Below, piece after piece: positions 39,532 through 49,763 of a stretch of DNA of 64,000 bases. The notes under the pieces were generated by a model that was given only the letters and a program-made list of their open reading frames with translations, was not told the origin of the DNA and did not search any database. Positions within the stretch are counted from its first letter, which is position 1; every line of letters begins with the position of its first letter. This DNA comes from a bacterium (lineage in GTDB: Bacteria > Verrucomicrobiota > Kiritimatiellia > CAIKKV01 > CAITUY01), in assembly GCA_037132275.1 (NCBI GenBank), contig JBAXPK010000001.1:1369-65368 (forward strand), in the 5' to 3' direction. A program made the position numbers and the translations under genes.

Positions 39532-41559
39532 ATGAAGTTGCGATCCATTCTATTTTGGCTGTTATTCTCACTGTTGGGAGCCGGGTCACTTGCCGTCATC
39601 GCCTTTCACCGGGGCGAAACGATCAGTGCGCTTTGGTTTGTAACTGCGACCCTCTGTTTTTTCATGATCAGTTACCGGTTCTACAGCAAGTGGCTGGCCG
39701 CCAAAGTGCTGGCGCTGGATGACCGGCGCGCCACCCCGGCCTTTACCCGGGAAGACGGCAAAGACTTTGTCCCCACAAACCGCTGGATCGTTTTCGGCCA
39801 CCATTTTGCAGCCATCGCAGGGCCCGGTCCGCTCGTTGGCCCCGTACTCGCCTCGCAATTCGGCTACCTTCCGGGCACCCTATGGATCCTCATAGGTGGA
39901 ACTCTGGCGGGCGGCGTGCATGACGCGGTCGCCCTGTTCTGCTCCATGCGGCGCGGGGGGAAATCCCTGGGTCAAATGGTCAAGGAAGAGATCGGCACCT
40001 TTGCCGGCAGCATCGCCCTGTTCGGCATCCTCTGCATCATGGTCATTCTCATCGCGGTGCTCGCGTTGGTCGTTGTCAAGGCGCTTGCGGAAAGTCCCTG
40101 GGGTCTCTTTACCGTGGCGGCCACCATTCCCATTGCCTTCTTCATGGGCCTCTATCTGCGGGTCTTGCGGCCCGGGCGGGTGGTTGAGGTTTCGATCATC
40201 GGGGCCCTGTTGCTATTGCTGGCCGTCTGGGGCGGCCAATATGCCTGGCCCGCCTGGTTTACCCGGTCCGCCCCGTGGCTCGCCTGGGCCATCATTGGCT
40301 ACGGCCTTCTGGCCTCCATCCTGCCGGTGTGGTTGCTCTTGGCGCCTCGTGATTATCTGAGTTCATTCATGAAGATAGGAACCGTCATCATCCTGATGCT
40401 GGCCATCATTTGGGTCGCACCGCAACTCCACATGCCAAAGCTTACCTCCTTTATCCATGGCAATGGACTGGTCATACCGGGCAAACTTTTCCCCTTTGTA
40501 TTCATCACGGTTGCCTGTGGCGCCATTTCCGGGTTCCATGCGCTCATCTCCACCGGCACCACCCCGAAACTCGTCACGCATGAATCAACGGTACGCTCGG
40601 TGGCTTACGGGGCCATGATCACCGAAATGGCGGTCGGAATCATGGCCTTGATCGCCGCTTGCGCGATGGATCCCGGCCAGTACTTCGCGATCAATATGAA
40701 AGGCGAGCCGGCCGCAGTGGTGCTCAAGATCACGGCAGCGGGATTCCCGGTGACCGAGGGCTCCATGATCCAACTGGCGCGGGATGTCGGCGAGAAAACC
40801 TTGTTCGGACGCACCGGCGGGGCGCCCACCTTCGCCGTGGGAATGGCCAAGATGTTCAGCGACGCCCTGGGTAGCAAGGCCATGATGGCGTTGTGGTACC
40901 ACTTTGCCATCATGTTTGAGGCACTGTTTATCCTCACCACCATTGACGCCGGTACTCGCGTGGGCCGCTTCCTGCTGCAGGACGTGCTGAGACACATCTG
41001 GAAACCACTGGGCGACACCTCGTCCTATCCGGCCAACCTCCTGGCCAGTTCGCTATTCGTCAGCGCCTGGGGCTGGTTCCTCTATCAGGGCGTCATTGAT
41101 CCCTATGGCGGAATCAACAGCCTCTGGCCCATCTTCGGCATAGCCAACCAATTGCTGGCCGTGATTTCGCTGGCCTTAGGAACCACCATCCTGATCAAAA
41201 TGAATCGGGACCGGTATATCTGGGTAACCCTGATTCCCCTGCTCTTCCTATTGGTGGTGACCATGGTGGCGGGCTGGCAGAAGATTTTTTACGCGGACGC
41301 CGGTGGATTTATACCAGCCATCACCGCGCTTCGTGACCAATTGGCCACCGCCAGTGCCGCTGACGCCATAAAGCTTTCAGCCCAGATATTCAATAACCAG
41401 GTTGATATCGCCGTGACGGCGACCTTTATGATCCTGGTCCTGCTGATCGTGGGCGCCAGCCTGCGGCTATGGATCAGGCTACTGACCGGGAAAGCCCCCC
41501 GCCACCTTTGTGAAGACCCCGCCGTCCCCCATCCTGAATTAATGATCATGGAAGGTTAA
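39532..41559 (+). CDS. cstA: Carbon starvation protein A (peptide/pyruvate transporter family)
   Basis: About 675 aa CstA family. Start set at MKLRSILFWLL. Confidence 0.85.
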   Translation: MKLRSILFWLLFSLLGAGSLAVIAFHRGETISALWFVTATLCFFMISYRFYSKWLAAKVLALDDRRATPAFTREDGKDFVPTNRWIVFGHHFAAIAGPGPLVGPVLASQFGYLPGTLWILIGGTLAGGVHDAVALFCSMRRGGKSLGQMVKEEIGTFAGSIALFGILCIMVILIAVLALVVVKALAESPWGLFTVAATIPIAFFMGLYLRVLRPGRVVEVSIIGALLLLLAVWGGQYAWPAWFTRSAPWLAWAIIGYGLLASILPVWLLLAPRDYLSSFMKIGTVIILMLAIIWVAPQLHMPKLTSFIHGNGLVIPGKLFPFVFITVACGAISGFHALISTGTTPKLVTHESTVRSVAYGAMITEMAVGIMALIAACAMDPGQYFAINMKGEPAAVVLKITAAGFPVTEGSMIQLARDVGEKTLFGRTGGAPTFAVGMAKMFSDALGSKAMMALWYHFAIMFEALFILTTIDAGTRVGRFLLQDVLRHIWKPLGDTSSYPANLLASSLFVSAWGWFLYQGVIDPYGGINSLWPIFGIANQLLAVISLALGTTILIKMNRDRYIWVTLIPLLFLLVVTMVAGWQKIFYADAGGFIPAITALRDQLATASAADAIKLSAQIFNNQVDIAVTATFMILVLLIVGASLRLWIRLLTGKAPRHLCEDPAVPHPELMIMEG

Positions 41560-41597
41560 TACGATGCGAAACACTCCAAATAGGACTCAACAGACCC

Positions 41598-42743
41598 ATG
41601 CTTGAACTTCCAACAACCTTCCGAATCACCGAGGCAAATGGCGAAATCGATACCACGGCTGAACTGTTTTTTGACGGAAAATTTGAGATCATCTCTCGAT
41701 CCGGACTGAGTCTCACCGAAGCTCATCTAACCGAGGCGATTCCCCTTCTTAAACAGCCGGAACGACTGCTCATCTTGGGAAACCGAACCGGAGCGCTCGC
41801 CATGATGGCGACCCACATCCACCCCGGGCTTGAGGTGGTCGTCTCATCGCTGGATCTTTTTCATCATCACGCGGTCGAGCGGAATCTTTTGCGCAATCCG
41901 GCCTGCCCCGTCACCTCCCGATGTGAACCCTATATCCCGGAACGGAATTTCTATGACGCCGTCTGCCTCCAGATTTCAAAAGGCACGATGTCCGATGAAC
42001 TGATTCTGGATTTGCTACAGCAGAGTCATCTGGCATTGAAGACGGGCGGGCGATGTTGCGTGGCGGCGGAAGAAGAGTCGCCATGGGTGGCAAAACATCT
42101 CAAGAATTTCTTCGGGAACTGTTCCATCCGCGGCCAACGGAAACACTCCACCCTGCTGGTCAGCCAGAAAAACAACGAACTAAAAGCGCTCAAGAACTAC
42201 CAGGCCGAGTTCATTATGACCCTTCCAACCGGCTTGCCCGTCACACTGTCGACGCTGCCCGGTGTTTTCGCACACCGCCGGGTGGATCCCGGCGCCCAGG
42301 CCTTGGCCGAGATGGTAGTGACACAGCCCGGCGACTCCATCCTGGATATGGGGTGCGGCTGCGGCAGTATCGGGATCTCTCTGGCAAAAAATCAGCCGAC
42401 CGCCAGTGTCTGCTTCGTGGATTCCCATTCCCGAGCCACTACCATTACCGAGCAAAACTGTTTTGCCAACGGGATCTCCGGATATTCTGTTGTATTGAGC
42501 GACCAGGGAGTCCCGCCCCCTGCCCGATTTTCGCTTTTTGTCGGGAATCCCCCTTATTATTCCCATGACCGGATCACGGATTTCTTTGTTCACACGGCCT
42601 TCGACTCCCTGCTTTCGGGGGGCAGAGCCTATCTGGTGGCCAAAAATGCAACCCATCACCTGGCAATCATGAATGAACTGTTCGGCAATGCCGAACGGCT
42701 GGACCGGCGTGGATACCAAATCGTGAAATCGGTAAAATCATGA
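41598..42743 (+). CDS. RsmC/RlmG-like rRNA (guanine-N2)-methyltransferase
   Basis: Two-domain architecture. The C-terminal domain has DMGCGCGSIG and the NPPY-type motif GNPPYY. Confidence 0.6.
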   Translation: MLELPTTFRITEANGEIDTTAELFFDGKFEIISRSGLSLTEAHLTEAIPLLKQPERLLILGNRTGALAMMATHIHPGLEVVVSSLDLFHHHAVERNLLRNPACPVTSRCEPYIPERNFYDAVCLQISKGTMSDELILDLLQQSHLALKTGGRCCVAAEEESPWVAKHLKNFFGNCSIRGQRKHSTLLVSQKNNELKALKNYQAEFIMTLPTGLPVTLSTLPGVFAHRRVDPGAQALAEMVVTQPGDSILDMGCGCGSIGISLAKNQPTASVCFVDSHSRATTITEQNCFANGISGYSVVLSDQGVPPPARFSLFVGNPPYYSHDRITDFFVHTAFDSLLSGGRAYLVAKNATHHLAIMNELFGNAERLDRRGYQIVKSVKS

Positions 42744-43949
42744 CCTCAAGTTAAATCCAAGTTTCTTAAAGGCACGCTGCAAATCAGTCGTTCCACCGCT
42801 CAATTCCACCGTTGTATATTGAAACTCACGCCGCTCGGGATAGTCGCTTCGCAGACGGTCGAAATTCTTCATTCGCGCTTTTTCATCCGCCACTGCAGAC
42901 TCGCGAAAGCGGCGGTCATCCCCTTCCAAATCATAGACCTGACGCACCACTTCCCTTAACACCGACTGATCATCCCGCCCGGCGATGTCCACCTTCACTT
43001 TAGGCACAAGCGGTGGCGGCATCAGAGGTTCATGCGACCAGGTGGCGGAAACACCCAGAAACTTGCAGACCTCGCGATAAACCATGACCGTTCCCATCAC
43101 TTTGCCTTCAAAGGAATGCCCGGCGATATGCGGAGTGGCAATATCAACCCGCGCCATGAGGTCAGTCCGATAATTGGGTTCCCCTTCCCATGTGTCCAAA
43201 ATGACATGGCTGACCTGCCCGTTATCCAAGGCGGCGAGCAAGGCCGCAGAGTCCACAACCGGCCCGCGGGCGGCGTTCAAGAAAATAAGCCCTTTTTTCG
43301 CCTTCCCAAAAAATGCCGCATCCGCCAGATGAACCGTCTTGTCCGGCCCGTCTTTTGTCAACGGGACATGAACGGTGATAATATCCGCCTCCGCCAGCAC
43401 CTGATCCAAACTGACAAAACAATCGTCAGCCCCTCCATTTTCAATTCTGGATTCTGGATCCTGGATTCTGGATTCCGTTCTTTCCCGGGGCGGATCATTC
43501 ATCAAAACCCTCATCCCCAACGCCCGGGCCTTCTGCACAACGCGGCGGCCCACATTGCCGACGCCAACAACCCCGATGGTTTTTCCTTCCAGGGTGAAGC
43601 CATGCTTGCAGGCAAGATACAACAACGCGGCCGTGACATATTCCGAGACACTGTTGGCGTTGCAGCCAGGCGCAAAACACCACGCGATCCCCGCTTTGTC
43701 GAAATAGGGAATATCCAGGTGATCGGTTCCGATGGTGGCCGTTCCCACAAAACGCACCGAACTCCCTTCCAGCAAAGACCGGTTGACCTTTGTGGTGGAT
43801 CGAAGCGCAAGAATATCCGTTTCCCTGACATCGGCTGCCGTGATATGGCGTCCTTCCAAAATGCGGGTTTCACCAAGCGTACTGAACGCCTCCATCGCAA
43901 ACGGCATATTCGTGGCACAAATGATCTTCATATAATCACTCCGACTCAT
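42738..43949 (-). CDS. pdxB: Erythronate-4-phosphate dehydrogenase
   Basis: D-2-hydroxyacid dehydrogenase fold with GVVGVGNVGRR. About 13-aa insertion relative to typical PdxB. Confidence 0.75.
   Translation of the reverse strand: MSRSDYMKIICATNMPFAMEAFSTLGETRILEGRHITAADVRETDILALRSTTKVNRSLLEGSSVRFVGTATIGTDHLDIPYFDKAGIAWCFAPGCNANSVSEYVTAALLYLACKHGFTLEGKTIGVVGVGNVGRRVVQKARALGMRVLMNDPPRERTESRIQDPESRIENGGADDCFVSLDQVLAEADIITVHVPLTKDGPDKTVHLADAAFFGKAKKGLIFLNAARGPVVDSAALLAALDNGQVSHVILDTWEGEPNYRTDLMARVDIATPHIAGHSFEGKVMGTVMVYREVCKFLGVSATWSHEPLMPPPLVPKVKVDIAGRDDQSVLREVVRQVYDLEGDDRRFRESAVADEKARMKNFDRLRSDYPERREFQYTTVELSGGTTDLQRAFKKLGFNLRS
43444..43477. repeat. 7-bp microsatellite (ATTCTGG)x4-5 inside the pdxB coding sequence
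   Basis: attctgg attctgg atcctgg attctgg attccg. Encodes ESRIQDPESRIE on the minus strand. Confidence 0.7.
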
Positions 43950-43972
43950 AATTCTGCCAGCAACTCGCTTTA

Positions 43973-45034
43973 TCAGCGCATACGATTCCGGACTTCTGCC
44001 AGAAGGTCAAATACCCGTTTTGCCACATCGGGCGCCAGGCTCCCGGCACCGCAGGACGGGGTTATGATGGCCCGCTCACGCAACAGGTCTTTCGAAATGC
44101 CTTTCTTCATCAGCCCGTCAAAACAGGCCAGCAAGAGCTGCGTCAGCGATTGGGCCGATTCCTTGTTGACGGCGGTCGTGGTGGGGACAATTCCCCAGGC
44201 GATGCTACCGCCCCGCTCAAACAGGGTCTTGATGTCATTGGCATACAGCGAAATGCTCGCCCCGTACTGGTAGGCGTCGAAATTGACGACCTGCACACCG
44301 CTACGAACGATCATACCCCAATCGCTGTTTCCGCAGATATGAATCCCGGGGATGGCACCCGCATCCGTAATGGCGCTAAACACCTCGCCCAGCATTTCCA
44401 CAACCGCTTCTTCGGACACATAAATGTAAGTGCTGCTCCCATAGGCGGCAAGCACAGGCTCGTCCACAAAGATCAGCACGCGCCCGGACGAAAAGGGTTT
44501 GAGAAACTTGATCTGCCACTGCACCTTGCGCACGATGGTCTTGACGGCCGCATCACGCAAATCAGGATCGCTATAGAGCGGATTTTTGTCCGCGTCATAG
44601 ATACCGGTACAAAATGTGATGGGGCCGGTCGTGTGCCCCTTGACACAAGGCCACGTCCGATTGGCGGCCAGTCGTTGAAACGCGTAAAGTCCGGCAGCGA
44701 CGTCGCTTGAGATGGGAAACAGATCCGGATCGTCCGCCAGGAACTTCGTGTAGAATTCCTCCAATTCAACAGCCCGGTTGGCCGGGTCAAACAAAATCCG
44801 TTCCTGATCGGCTTCCACCCTGACACAAGGCATCCCTTCGCTATATTGGGGAATCATCTCCTCGGCAAAACAGCGTTTGGGCAATTGCGGCCAAAACGGA
44901 ATGGTTAAGCCGGCGTCGAACAAAAACGATGCCGCTTGATCGCTATCGAAAAACGGAACACTTCCAATACCTGTTGTCGACAAACCGGGCTTATAAATTG
45001 AGCTCATATTATCTCCATCTCCATCACTTTTCAC
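43973..45034 (-). CDS. Cobalamin-independent methionine synthase (MetE) catalytic-domain-like protein
   Basis: IFVDEPV, GIHICGNSDW and TPSCGAG mirror the MetE C-terminal zinc-binding His/Cys/Glu/Cys motifs. Confidence 0.5.
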   Translation of the reverse strand: MKSDGDGDNMSSIYKPGLSTTGIGSVPFFDSDQAASFLFDAGLTIPFWPQLPKRCFAEEMIPQYSEGMPCVRVEADQERILFDPANRAVELEEFYTKFLADDPDLFPISSDVAAGLYAFQRLAANRTWPCVKGHTTGPITFCTGIYDADKNPLYSDPDLRDAAVKTIVRKVQWQIKFLKPFSSGRVLIFVDEPVLAAYGSSTYIYVSEEAVVEMLGEVFSAITDAGAIPGIHICGNSDWGMIVRSGVQVVNFDAYQYGASISLYANDIKTLFERGGSIAWGIVPTTTAVNKESAQSLTQLLLACFDGLMKKGISKDLLRERAIITPSCGAGSLAPDVAKRVFDLLAEVRNRMR

Positions 45035-45215
45035 AAACTCTTTTGTCCCAGTAGAGTTAGGGTGAAAATCATCAGGATACAGAGTGGATCATGCGCGACG
45101 TTCTATTTCCGCGTCAATGGAAAGTTTAGAATACGATGTGAATCCCTATTGACATGACACGGGGATCAAAGTAACTCATGCCAATGGTATTTGCGAATTT
45201 CATAGGGAGTAATCA

Positions 45216-46877
45216 ATGAGCCGGGATATTGCCAACCTTGCAGAGCGGGAATTTGATATTTTAATCGTCGGCGGTGGCATTCACGGAGTTACCCTGGCCC
45301 GGGAAGCCGCTTTGGCGGGTCTATCCGTTGCACTTGTTGACAAAGCGGATTTCTGCTCCGCCACCTCCGCGAACAGTCTTAAGATTCTCCATGGCGGTAT
45401 CCGTTACCTGCAGCAGGCCAACCTGCCCCGTGTGCGCCAATCCGTTATCGAACGACGGACCATGCTGCAAATTGCCCCTCACCTCGTTGAACCGCTCCCC
45501 TGCGCCATGCCGACCTATGGTCACGGCATGAAAGGCAAGGAAGTTATGTTCTGCGGCCTTTTGGCTTATAATCTCCTGAGCGGGGATCGGAATCAGGGAC
45601 TTCCCACTGGCAAGGCCATCCCCAGTTGCCGCATTGGCTCGCGCACCGAGTGGCTGGCCATCGCCCCGGATCTGGATAATCCCCGTTTCACCGGCGCCGC
45701 TCTGTGGCACGATGCCATCGCCCTTAACACGGAAAGACTGGGCTTGGGATTTGTTGCCTCCGCCATTCAGGCGGGAGCCCATGTCGCCAACTATATCGAG
45801 GTCACAGGGTTTCAGCGTAACGGCCGCGACGTCACTGGCGTCACCGCCATCGACCGCATAACCAATCAACCGTTAACCATCCGGGCGAAAGTAACGGTAA
45901 ACAATACCGGCCCCTGGATCCGGGAAACTTTGCGCCTGCTCGGCGAAACTGTGACGACGCCCGAATATCGTTGCGCCCTGGCCATGAATGTCGTCTTGCG
46001 CAAACAGTTGATTCCCCGTCATGCCGTCGGGCTCACAGCCTATAAGGAAGGCTGGGAAAACGGGCGACTTTTCTTCTTCGTGCCGTGGCGTGACCGCACC
46101 ATGGTGGGCACCTATCTGCGCCCCCATACCGGAAGTCCCGACCAACTGAAGGTCACGCCGGACGACATCCAGTCATTCATCGCGAATCTAAACCTGGCTT
46201 ATCCAGCGGCTCAATTAAAACCGAAAGACATCGCGTTCATCCAGGCAGGCCTCATGCCGGCCACCGATCAGGATGTAAGCCCAGGGGGTGAGCCCCGCCT
46301 CCTGAATCAGTTCCAGATTCTGGATCATGCCAAAGGGGATAACCTCAATGGCCTGATGTCCGTCCTCGGGGTAAAGTGGACCACCGCGCGGGATGTGGCT
46401 CAACGCACGCTCGCCCTTCTTCTAACCAAGTTGGGCCGATCCCCAGTCAACCGGCTATCCGCGATCCACCCCCTGCCGGGTGGCGATATCCCTGACTTGG
46501 AGGTGCTGATAAAAGAAATCATCCAATCCGGGTTGCCGGAAGAAACGGCTCACCATCTCGTGTGTCACTATGGCCTGCGCTGCCGGGATGTGATTCGACT
46601 GGGTGCCACTAATCCGCTCTGGTTAAAGCCCCTGGGCGAAGGAACCTGCGTGACGGGCGCCGAAATCATTTTCGCCCTGCGCGAGGAGATGGCTCAAACC
46701 CTGGCCGATGTTGTGCTACGCAGAACCGGCCTGGGGTCGGCAGGCCGCCCCTCCAAAGCCGCGCTGATGAACGCCGCGGTGATCATGGCCCGCGAACTCG
46801 CCTGGGATGCCCCGCGTCTCGACAAAGAACTGGCTATACTCCGAGCCCTTCCCTGCTGGCCAGTTGAGGAGAGATAG
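45216..46877 (+). CDS. glpD: FAD-dependent glycerol-3-phosphate dehydrogenase
   Basis: DILIVGGGIHG...SLKILHGGIRYL N-terminus. 553 aa. Confidence 0.8.
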   Translation: MSRDIANLAEREFDILIVGGGIHGVTLAREAALAGLSVALVDKADFCSATSANSLKILHGGIRYLQQANLPRVRQSVIERRTMLQIAPHLVEPLPCAMPTYGHGMKGKEVMFCGLLAYNLLSGDRNQGLPTGKAIPSCRIGSRTEWLAIAPDLDNPRFTGAALWHDAIALNTERLGLGFVASAIQAGAHVANYIEVTGFQRNGRDVTGVTAIDRITNQPLTIRAKVTVNNTGPWIRETLRLLGETVTTPEYRCALAMNVVLRKQLIPRHAVGLTAYKEGWENGRLFFFVPWRDRTMVGTYLRPHTGSPDQLKVTPDDIQSFIANLNLAYPAAQLKPKDIAFIQAGLMPATDQDVSPGGEPRLLNQFQILDHAKGDNLNGLMSVLGVKWTTARDVAQRTLALLLTKLGRSPVNRLSAIHPLPGGDIPDLEVLIKEIIQSGLPEETAHHLVCHYGLRCRDVIRLGATNPLWLKPLGEGTCVTGAEIIFALREEMAQTLADVVLRRTGLGSAGRPSKAALMNAAVIMARELAWDAPRLDKELAILRALPCWPVEER

Positions 46878-46895
46878 AATCCAGAATTCCCTCTT

Positions 46896-47699
46896 ATGAA
46901 ACTCAGAATGGCCTATTCTCCGTGCCCGAATGACACGTCGATGTTTCATGACGTTGCTGCGGGGCTCTTGTCGCGTTATGGCTACGAGGTATCCGTGCAT
47001 CTTCATGACGTCGAAACCCTCAACCGACTGGCGCTGGACACCACCTACGACATCACGAAAATCTCGTTTCATGCTTATCTGCTGGTACGGCAACATTATC
47101 AACTACTCAACTCCGGGGCCGCGCTCGGCTTTGGTTGTGGTCCCCTGCTCGTCTCAAAAGCCCCCATGGCCGATGACGATGTGTCCCGTTGCCGAATCGC
47201 CGTACCCGGCGAACTGACCACCGCGCACCTGCTTCTGCGGTTGTGGGCGCCCAATGCCCAAAAGAAGATCTTTGTCCCCTATGACCGCGTGATGGACCTG
47301 ATCCGCACCGGCGAGGCCGACTGCGGCATTCTCATTCACGAGTCACGCTTCGTCTACCAGCAGGCCGGTCTCACCTGCATCGTGGATCTCGGGGAATGGT
47401 GGGAGCAGGAAACAGGACAGCCCATCCCACTGGGCTGTATTGTCGCCCGTAAAAGTCTCGGCACGCCAACAATCGCTGAACTTGATCAATTGCTGCGCCG
47501 CGCTATCGTTCACTCCCGCGCCCGCCCCGAGGAATCCGCCCAGTATGTTCGCGACCACGCCCGTGAAACCGATGAAACGGTCATTCAAAAACATATCAAA
47601 ATGTTCGTCACCGACTTCTCTGTCGACTTAGGCGGAGCCGGCCATGCTGCCGTGGCAGTCCTGGAGGCCATGGCGCAAAAGGCGGGAGTGATCCCATGA
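46896..47699 (+). CDS. mqnD: 1,4-dihydroxy-6-naphthoate synthase (futalosine pathway)
   Basis: MKLRMAYSPCPNDTSMF, PF02621-type (MqnA/MqnD) fold. Assigned MqnD from the SPCPND signature. Confidence 0.65.
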   Translation: MKLRMAYSPCPNDTSMFHDVAAGLLSRYGYEVSVHLHDVETLNRLALDTTYDITKISFHAYLLVRQHYQLLNSGAALGFGCGPLLVSKAPMADDDVSRCRIAVPGELTTAHLLLRLWAPNAQKKIFVPYDRVMDLIRTGEADCGILIHESRFVYQQAGLTCIVDLGEWWEQETGQPIPLGCIVARKSLGTPTIAELDQLLRRAIVHSRARPEESAQYVRDHARETDETVIQKHIKMFVTDFSVDLGGAGHAAVAVLEAMAQKAGVIP

Positions 47700-49162
47700 T
47701 TGCCATCCTTCTAGCCACACTGAGTGAAGCCCAGCCGCTGATTGACCTCCTCAAGGCCGAGAAGCGCCTTGAGCAACCGTTCGCAACCTATGGCTTTCAA
47801 GCCGTAGGCCGCCGGCCGGGTGGACTGGTTGTGATCACAGGTATCGGCCCGAAGCAAGCCGCCTTGGCGACCGATTACGCCATCACCGCCCGCGGCGCCA
47901 GCCGGATCCTCAATGTGGGGATCTGTGGCGCCCTGACGCATGCCGTCGATCCCGGCCATATGTGCCACATCACGGAGATTATCGAGGGCGATGTCCTGCT
48001 GAAGAATCCAGCCACCCCATCAATTCCCCTGGCAACGGAAGCCATCTGGCGCGCCCTGCCCCCGGCACGGCTGGTATCCGTCAGCGAGCCGGTATTCGGT
48101 GGCGAAGGCCGGGCGATCCTGGCCGCCCACGCCGATATGGTGGATATGGAAGGCTATGCGATTGTGCAAGTCTGTATTCGGAAAGACTTGCCGTATCAAT
48201 TACTGAAGGTCGTCAGTGACCGTGCGGATGATGCCGGACACGAGGAGTTGCATCTTAATCTCACCCGCGTCTCCTCCTTTCTCGCCGAGGAAGTGATAGC
48301 TGGACTGGAGCATCATCTTGCTCCGCTCCACCAAAGCCTGAGGGCGCGTCTTTCAAATTTCATCAAAATAGAGCACACCATTTTCAGCCTTCCCCTTTTG
48401 CTGGCCGGCGCCTGGCTCGGGGCCGGGCGGCAATGGCCGGGACTGCGGCCGCTTCTACTGGTGATACTGGCGGGAGTTGGTGCGCGTTCACTGGGCATGG
48501 CCATGAACCGGATCCTGGACCGCCACATCGACCAGCTTAACCCCCGCACGGCTTCCCGCGAACTTCCCAGCGGCAAACTCTCGCTGGGACAGGCCTGGAT
48601 CGTAGCGGTAGCAGGTCTCGCGGTCTATCTCGTGGCATGCGCGGCGCTGGGTCCGTTATGCCTGCGGCTGTCCCCGATTCCGGCTTTGGTCTTGATCACT
48701 TACTCAATGCTCAAGCGCTTTAGCAGCCTCTGCCACTACGGAATTGGAGTCTGCCTGGCACTGGGTCCACTGGGTGCCTATGTAGCCGTGACCGGGTCCA
48801 CCGCCATCGATGGGGCAACCCTGATGCTGGCCCTGTTCACCTTCTGCTGGATCAGCGGATTCGACATCATTTACGCCCTACAGGACATGACAACCGACCG
48901 CGAGATTGGCGTTCACAGTCTTCCCGCCGCACTCGGAAGTACCGGCGCCCAGGGAATGGCCGCGCTCACCCACCTCATCGCCGCCGCCGCCGCCGTGCAA
49001 CTCTGGATCTTGACTGGCACCGGCCTGGCATCCGGTCTGGCGCTGGCGGTCACGCTCGTGGCATTCGGACTGGCCTACTATCCAAAATTGCCGCTTCATG
49101 ATAGATTCTTTCCGGTATCCGCCATTGCCGGAATCGCCGGCGCGCTGATTGCCATGCTATAG
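47696..49162 (+). CDS. Fusion of futalosine hydrolase-like nucleosidase (N-terminal) and UbiA-family prenyltransferase (C-terminal)
   Basis: Residues 1-~215: PNP/MTAN-like fold (DMEGYAIV). Residues ~230-488: 8-9 TM UbiA domain with NRILDRHID (NDxxDxxxD). ATGA overlap with mqnD. Confidence 0.7.
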   Translation: MIAILLATLSEAQPLIDLLKAEKRLEQPFATYGFQAVGRRPGGLVVITGIGPKQAALATDYAITARGASRILNVGICGALTHAVDPGHMCHITEIIEGDVLLKNPATPSIPLATEAIWRALPPARLVSVSEPVFGGEGRAILAAHADMVDMEGYAIVQVCIRKDLPYQLLKVVSDRADDAGHEELHLNLTRVSSFLAEEVIAGLEHHLAPLHQSLRARLSNFIKIEHTIFSLPLLLAGAWLGAGRQWPGLRPLLLVILAGVGARSLGMAMNRILDRHIDQLNPRTASRELPSGKLSLGQAWIVAVAGLAVYLVACAALGPLCLRLSPIPALVLITYSMLKRFSSLCHYGIGVCLALGPLGAYVAVTGSTAIDGATLMLALFTFCWISGFDIIYALQDMTTDREIGVHSLPAALGSTGAQGMAALTHLIAAAAAVQLWILTGTGLASGLALAVTLVAFGLAYYPKLPLHDRFFPVSAIAGIAGALIAML

Positions 49163-49196
49163 ACAGTGAAACGTTAAGCGTGAGACGTGAAGAGTA

Positions 49197-49763
49197 TTGA
49201 AAATGAATCTATTACTTGCTGTAAGTGGAGCGACGGGATCGTATGCTGCGGAACTTCTGATTAAGAAGTCGCCATGGCCGGTCTCGCTGGTGGCCAGCGC
49301 CTGGGGGCGAAATGTCTATGAGCGCGAATGCGGCGATTTCGCCAAACTTGCGGCCATGGCTGACCGGGTCTTTGAGGACGCCGATCTCGCGGCCCCCGGC
49401 TCGTCGGGCTCGGTACCAACGGCTGGAATGGTTATTCTTCCCTGCTCCACCAACACACTGGCCAAGGTGGCACATGGCCTTGCGGATACCCTTATTTCCC
49501 GCGCGGCGCATTGCCACCTGAAGGAACACCGCAAGCTGGTGCTCTGCGTGCGGGAGTCGCCCTGGACACAAATTGATCTCCAGAATGCCGCCACGGTGTC
49601 TGGCGCCGGTGGTGTGATCATGCCGCTCTCCCCCCCCTTCTACCAGGTTGCGAAGAAGGATCCCCGTGACGTCACGATGGCCGACCTGCTTGATCTCTAC
49701 GTGGATCGTGTTCTGGCCGTTTTGGGGCACCCTGCCCCTTCCAACTGGGAGACCATCCAGTGA
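49197..49763 (+). CDS. ubiX: UbiX-family flavin prenyltransferase (MqnL-like)
   Basis: 188 aa HFCD flavoprotein, LAVSGATGSYAA. Confidence 0.8.
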   Translation: MKMNLLLAVSGATGSYAAELLIKKSPWPVSLVASAWGRNVYERECGDFAKLAAMADRVFEDADLAAPGSSGSVPTAGMVILPCSTNTLAKVAHGLADTLISRAAHCHLKEHRKLVLCVRESPWTQIDLQNAATVSGAGGVIMPLSPPFYQVAKKDPRDVTMADLLDLYVDRVLAVLGHPAPSNWETIQ

